Positions 59,724-64,000 of a stretch of 64,000 nucleotides of DNA are shown here, piece by piece (the first letter of the stretch is position 1; every line of letters starts with the position of its first letter). Below the pieces are notes generated by a model. That model was not told the origin of the DNA, searched no databases, and was given only the letters and a program-made list of their open reading frames with translations. The position numbers and the translations under genes were made by a program. This stretch comes from Candidatus Wirthbacteria bacterium (lineage in GTDB: Bacteria > Patescibacteriota > CG2-30-54-11), in assembly GCA_903889905.1 (NCBI GenBank), contig CAISZI010000046.1, forward strand, positions 64,853 through 128,852. Reading direction: 5' to 3'.

Positions 59724-60863
59724 CTACTTCGCTACTGGCATCAGAAAAGTCGACAAATTATCTCTCGTCACCACAGAACTCACGCTTCCCGTATAGGTCT
59801 CCAAAAAAATCTTGGGAGTGTTATCTCTGACTTTTGAATTCCATTTACATTCGAACGCTGCCAATTTACCCTGACTTTCTTCAATCAGATCGATTTCCTG
59901 CTGGTCATACGTCCGCCAAAAGTAATAATTGGCGACCTTTTGGTGGTGATAGCCCGATTTGAGCCGTTCCGCGATGCAATAATTCTCCCAGATCGCTCCA
60001 ATATCGCCACGCACCGAGAGCGGATTGAAATTCTGGATCAGTGCGTTGCGAATTCCCAAGTCCCAAAAATAAATCTTGGTTGACTTACTGATCTCCTTGC
60101 GCAGGTTACGGCTAAAGGCGGACAGGTGGAAAATGACGAACGTCTTTTTGAGCAATTCCACATAACGTTGCACCGTGACGGTATTGAGTCCCAGTTGCTT
60201 CCCGATCTCCGCAAACGACACCTCACTCCCAACTTGCAGCGCAAGCAGCTGGAGAATTTTGAGTAGTTGTTCTGGTTTTTTGAGTTGTTCGTACTCCAGG
60301 ATGTCTTTATAAAGATAATTATTGGCGAGTTTTTGCAGATACAAGTCTTTGTCGCTGTCACTCAGATTGACAATGTCAGGATAGCTACCATACCTCAACA
60401 CTGCATCCAGCTGACTTTGCATATCAATCGGATTGCTTTGCGAGAGCAGCTCCTCATAAGAAAGAGGCAGGAGCAGATAGTCCAGAACGCGCCCCGTGAG
60501 CGGCTCATTGATCGTATTCGCCAGCTCAAAACTACTCGATCCCGTGGCGATGATCTGGGTATCCGGCAGATAAGTGTGCAATATTTTGAGCACCAAGCCG
60601 ATATCTCGAACTCTCTGCGCCTCATCCAGGATCAAGAGAGAAATATTGCCCAAAAACTGCTTCAGTTTGATCTCATCCTGCTGCTCCAGAGCTTCACGAT
60701 TGCGCAGAAGGTCGCAATCAATATAGCGAGATCCTTGTGGGTTATGATCTAGCATAGAACGCACCAGCGTCGTCTTGCCCACCTGCCGCGCACCATAAAT
60801 GACGATCACTTTCCCTTTGTGAAGTTGCTGCTCGATGATCGGTTGCAGGGTTCGTTGATACAT
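59724..60863 (-). CDS. AAA_14 / DUF4143 ATP-binding protein
   Basis: GARQVGKT, LDEAQ, TGSSS, KIYFWDLGIRN, YFWR....EID. Confidence 0.92.
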   Translation of the reverse strand: MYQRTLQPIIEQQLHKGKVIVIYGARQVGKTTLVRSMLDHNPQGSRYIDCDLLRNREALEQQDEIKLKQFLGNISLLILDEAQRVRDIGLVLKILHTYLPDTQIIATGSSSFELANTINEPLTGRVLDYLLLPLSYEELLSQSNPIDMQSQLDAVLRYGSYPDIVNLSDSDKDLYLQKLANNYLYKDILEYEQLKKPEQLLKILQLLALQVGSEVSFAEIGKQLGLNTVTVQRYVELLKKTFVIFHLSAFSRNLRKEISKSTKIYFWDLGIRNALIQNFNPLSVRGDIGAIWENYCIAERLKSGYHHQKVANYYFWRTYDQQEIDLIEESQGKLAAFECKWNSKVRDNTPKIFLETYTGSVSSVVTRDNLSTFLMPVAK

Positions 60864-61018
60864 AAATCAACCTACTTAAATATTTATTTTTAGCTAAATT
60901 CATTTACTATGATAACAAAAATTAAGTACAAAACAACTGGCATCTTCCTCAAACACCCTTTCTACCGCTTTCTCGATAATGAACGGAATGAATGGTTTAA
61001 AACTCACGAATACAGAAA

Positions 61019-61042
61019 AAGATGGCGTCATGACGCCATCTT
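61019..61042. repeat. Junction palindrome copy 1
   Basis: AAGATGGCGTCATGACGCCATCTT perfect 24-bp palindrome, identical in three copies. Confidence 0.95.
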
Positions 61043-61120
61043 GAGTTTACATTCTTATTTGGCGCAGCCATCCGTAGCTTGGCTACTTTTTTTAAAAAGG
61101 GAGCCTTCCCGAAGCGAAGG

Positions 61121-61156
61121 ATGGTGGGCCATCTGTCCCAAAACTGGAACACCGTG
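61121..61156 (-). repeat. att-like 36-bp site copy 1 (tRNA-like CCACCA end on the minus strand)
   Basis: ATGGTGGGCCATCTGTCCCAAAACTGGAACACCGTG; 34/36 identical to 62522..62557. Confidence 0.85.
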
Positions 61157-61520
61157 GTGACCAAACTTAAATCAATTTACGACTTACAATCACTTATTTA
61201 TTACCCAAAATCCCCAATAACGGAAATCAAACTATATTTTGGATCTTTTAACTGTCATCATCGTTGCTATTATGCCTGAGAACAAGTTTGATAAGTCTTA
61301 GTAATGCCCTCATCCTTATGCCATGCTTCCAAATCAGACAGTTCTTCATTGAACTACTTCTTGTATATTTATTTGTAGTCCAATACCGCCTTGTCGTTCA
61401 GAGTAAACAATACTTTTATGCAACAAACACCAAAATTGTTTTGCTCTAATCACGAACTTAAAACTATACCTTTATTGGTCGCTGTATCTTCTTGATTGTT
61501 GAAAGAACCTCTTTAATCCC

Positions 61521-62183
61521 CTATTTACCCCCCAATTCTGAGCCCTGAATTACCTCACTCATTGGATCCACTTCCTTAGCTGCTTCTTGACTATTTTTAG
61601 CATAAGAATCAAATGCCTCAGTTATAACTTCAAAAGGCTTCTCTGTATTACAATTACTATAATCATATGTTTTCCTCATTGAACGTTTGATATCACTCGG
61701 TATATCAAGTGGAAACAATTCCTCTGTCTCTGAAGTCAATCGTCCATCAGGTCCGTATTGATATTCACATTTTGTCTCCGCTCGCACCAAGACGCCTTTA
61801 TCGATAATTCTCCAATAAGAATGTCTCTCAACTAATCTCCCGTCCTGATCGTAAACCCAAGCACGAATTGGTTCGTGATTTGGGTTACGCTTATGAAATT
61901 TTTCTTCAACACGGAGTCGCCCATCAGGATTATGACGTAATCTATACTTGAAATGATTTATCAATCCAGGATCAATATCAGGATAACATTTTTTGTTTGC
62001 TTCCCAACTAAAATGGCCAACCCATGCCCAAAACATTTCTACTTCTCTAAGGTTGACTCCAGGATAGCGAACACCGGGCTCTACATTAGTAGTTGTAATA
62101 GCATCAGAGTCGACACCAATAGCATTCATTTTTTGTCTAAAAACTTGATCAAATTTACTATCTGATAATGTAGACGCCATCAT
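61521..62183 (-). CDS. Hypothetical protein (AT-rich, YD-like repeats)
   Basis: 220-aa ORF with PDGRL, YDQDGRL, YGPDGRL. Confidence 0.65.
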   Translation of the reverse strand: MMASTLSDSKFDQVFRQKMNAIGVDSDAITTTNVEPGVRYPGVNLREVEMFWAWVGHFSWEANKKCYPDIDPGLINHFKYRLRHNPDGRLRVEEKFHKRNPNHEPIRAWVYDQDGRLVERHSYWRIIDKGVLVRAETKCEYQYGPDGRLTSETEELFPLDIPSDIKRSMRKTYDYSNCNTEKPFEVITEAFDSYAKNSQEAAKEVDPMSEVIQGSELGGK

Positions 62184-62356
62184 TTATTCCTATAAATAAG
62201 AAGAATATTTAGTCTTTAATTATATAATAAAATATTTATTTATCAATACCGGAAGTTAAAAAAACTAGTACAAAAAACCTCGCCCACCCTTTGATGGCTT
62301 TAATACGCCATTTCGTCTAGACTTTGGACAAGTGGCTTAAATTCTCAAAAACAAAA

Positions 62357-62380
62357 AAGATGGCGTCATGACGCCATCTT
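62357..62380. repeat. Junction palindrome copy 2
   Basis: Same 24-bp palindrome (28 bp with flanks); its ~90-bp left flank is similar to that of copy 3. Confidence 0.95.
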
Positions 62381-62521
62381 TTGCCAATGTACTGCTTTCC
62401 CTTCCGTTCCGAGGACGGAACTTCAGGGACCCCAATGAATAAGTACTTCTAAACGCGAGGACTTGTTAAGCAGTACTTTATAAATTTCATCTAAGTTCGA
62501 AGACTCACTAAGATTCTCTTT

Positions 62522-62557
62522 ATGGTGGACCAGCTGTCCCAAAACTGGAACACCGTG
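62522..62557 (-). repeat. att-like 36-bp site copy 2
   Basis: ATGGTGGACCAGCTGTCCCAAAACTGGAACACCGTG. Confidence 0.85.
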
Positions 62558-62622
62558 CTAACCTGTTTATCCCGATTATCCAACACAATTAGTTACTGTT
62601 TGCCTGGAATGACGGAATCGCG

Positions 62623-63798
62623 CTAAATGTATTTCCATACATTTTCTTTGGTAATGCAGTGATAACTTTCTATTCTGTCGGCATAAGCAGTCTGAAAAGC
62701 CCTGGTGAGCGGAACAGGAGTGGAATACTTCACTTCAACAGGAATCAATTTTTCTCCCTGCGTATTTGTCACCACAAAATCAACCTCAAAGGAATTCTTG
62801 CTCTGCCAATAATAGAGCATTTGATTGGTTGAATAGTACGTCATATTCGTCTGTAGTAGATTGTGGACGAAATTTTCAAATAAACCACCGCTACTCTGGC
62901 CACTTCGAGCAGTTATTGGCCGGAAATCTTTGGCCAATGTATTCAGTATGCCCAGATCTGTGAAGTACACCTTGAATGGCTTATTTAATTCTTTTCTGGG
63001 ATTCTGACTAAAGGCGGAAACGATTGAAATCAGATTGAATTTCTGCAATAAATCAATGTAACTGATAACCGTATTCCTGCTCATTTCGAGTTGTTGTGCG
63101 AGTTCATTGGGATTGACCAGACTTCCCACCTGCAACGCCAGCAGTTGGGCTAATTTTTTGATCTTCTGAGGGTTCTTGATGCCTTCGATTTCAAAAACAT
63201 CCTTGAACAGCAAAGAGTTAACGTAATCTGCCAAGATATCCATTTTGTACTGCGGAGTTTCCTGCGCCAGAACTTCCGGTAAACTACCATAAGTCAGCAA
63301 TGGCTCAACCAGATGAGTAACTTTGGCCTGTTGCAGCAGATTGTCATAAGCACCAAAAGCATAGGGTTTGTCTGTTTCGCCAACGATCTCCCTGACGCTA
63401 AGTGGATACATTTCCAGAATAACCTTTCTGCCCAAGGCGCTGTCACCAAGCTTCTGTAGCATCAGGAAACTCGCCGATCCACTGGCCAGGACACGGATAT
63501 GTGGAAAATGATCATGAACCAGTTTAAGCGTGCTGCCGATCTGATCGACATATTGGATTTCGTCCAGCAGCAGAATCTTGGGTTCTGTTCCCAGGATATT
63601 CTGCAAGTTGGCCAAAGAAGGCTGGCGAAACAATTCCTGATTGTCCGTATCTTCGAAATCAAAATACAGATGGGGCTCATCAAAGTATCGTTTCAGTTCA
63701 ACGGTTTTACCCACACGGCGCTGCCCAATCAAAATGACAACACGGAAACCATCTTGAAAATACTGCTTGATTTTATGGGTGATAAGTCGAGTGATCAT
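62623..63798 (-). CDS. AAA_14 / DUF4143 ATP-binding protein
   Basis: GQRRVGKT, LDEIQ, SGSAS, KVYFTDLG, YYWQ....EVDFV, PVEVK. Confidence 0.92.
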   Translation of the reverse strand: MITRLITHKIKQYFQDGFRVVILIGQRRVGKTVELKRYFDEPHLYFDFEDTDNQELFRQPSLANLQNILGTEPKILLLDEIQYVDQIGSTLKLVHDHFPHIRVLASGSASFLMLQKLGDSALGRKVILEMYPLSVREIVGETDKPYAFGAYDNLLQQAKVTHLVEPLLTYGSLPEVLAQETPQYKMDILADYVNSLLFKDVFEIEGIKNPQKIKKLAQLLALQVGSLVNPNELAQQLEMSRNTVISYIDLLQKFNLISIVSAFSQNPRKELNKPFKVYFTDLGILNTLAKDFRPITARSGQSSGGLFENFVHNLLQTNMTYYSTNQMLYYWQSKNSFEVDFVVTNTQGEKLIPVEVKYSTPVPLTRAFQTAYADRIESYHCITKENVWKYI

Positions 63799-63830
63799 GG
63801 TGATATTATAGCATCTGAAGTATTTATTTT

Positions 63831-63876
63831 GTCAATCAATTGACATATAAAGTACTTTATATGTCAATTGATTGAC
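63831..63876. repeat. 46-bp perfect palindrome upstream of the ATPase gene
   Basis: GTCAATCAATTGACATATAAAGT|ACTTTATATGTCAATTGATTGAC. Confidence 0.95.
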
Positions 63877-63968
63877 GGCCTCCTAAAAAACTCGAACACC
63901 ATATCATGGCTTCACAACGCCATTCTGATACAATTTCGGACAGGTGGTTAAAATCCCTCAAACACAAA

Positions 63969-63992
63969 AAGATGGCGTCATGACGCCATCTT
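63969..63992. repeat. Junction palindrome copy 3
   Basis: Same 24-bp palindrome, followed by TGCCAAT as in copy 2. Confidence 0.95.
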
Positions 63993-64000
63993 ATGCCAAT

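Noticed and set aside
60909-61279. Small + strand ORFs (60909..61160, 61079..61279) across junction 1
   Set aside because: Equivalent frames are broken by stops in junction 2; treated as translation of the repeat, possibly vestigial integrase C-terminus.
62522-62600. tRNA gene at the CCACCA-ending sites
   Set aside because: No cloverleaf; GTTC-to-CCA spacing is 29 nt rather than 24, and no matching 5' acceptor strand was found.
61019-63992. CRISPR array from the thrice-repeated palindrome
   Set aside because: Spacing is 1.3-1.6 kb with whole genes in between, and no cas genes are present.

Overview
Bacterial genomic window with standard genetic code. The gene style (many ATGA-coupled or SD-less genes, long orphan proteins, AAA/DUF4143 ATPases) suggests a Patescibacteria/CPR-like genome; this is an inference, as no rRNA or ribosomal marker is present. 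Left to right: (1) a tandemly duplicated ferric-reductase/FNR plus stalked cytochrome-b5 locus with a two-component system and an O-antigen-ligase-like gene; (2) a complete trp operon (trpE-G-[D::C fusion]-F-ACT-B-small Cys ORF-A) under a Trp T-box riboswitch, followed by a Trp-containing uORF and a start-sequestering hairpin; (3) a MarR/ABC exporter, a second two-component system with a MacB/FtsX-type ABC system, and a CsoR-copZ-copA copper locus; (4) an Arg T-box with a truncated argC-B-D operon; (5) a secreted subtilase and a 1965-aa M48-peptidase/ABC1-kinase-like fusion; (6) a partly decaying ArsR/metal/redox region with several pseudogenes; (7) at the right end, an array of single-gene units separated by a conserved junction (24-bp perfect palindrome plus a 36-bp site ending in a tRNA-like CCACCA), which looks like a cassette-accretion system. 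No tRNA, rRNA, CRISPR array or integrase/transposase gene was recognised. All family assignments are from motif recognition by eye, not database searches.
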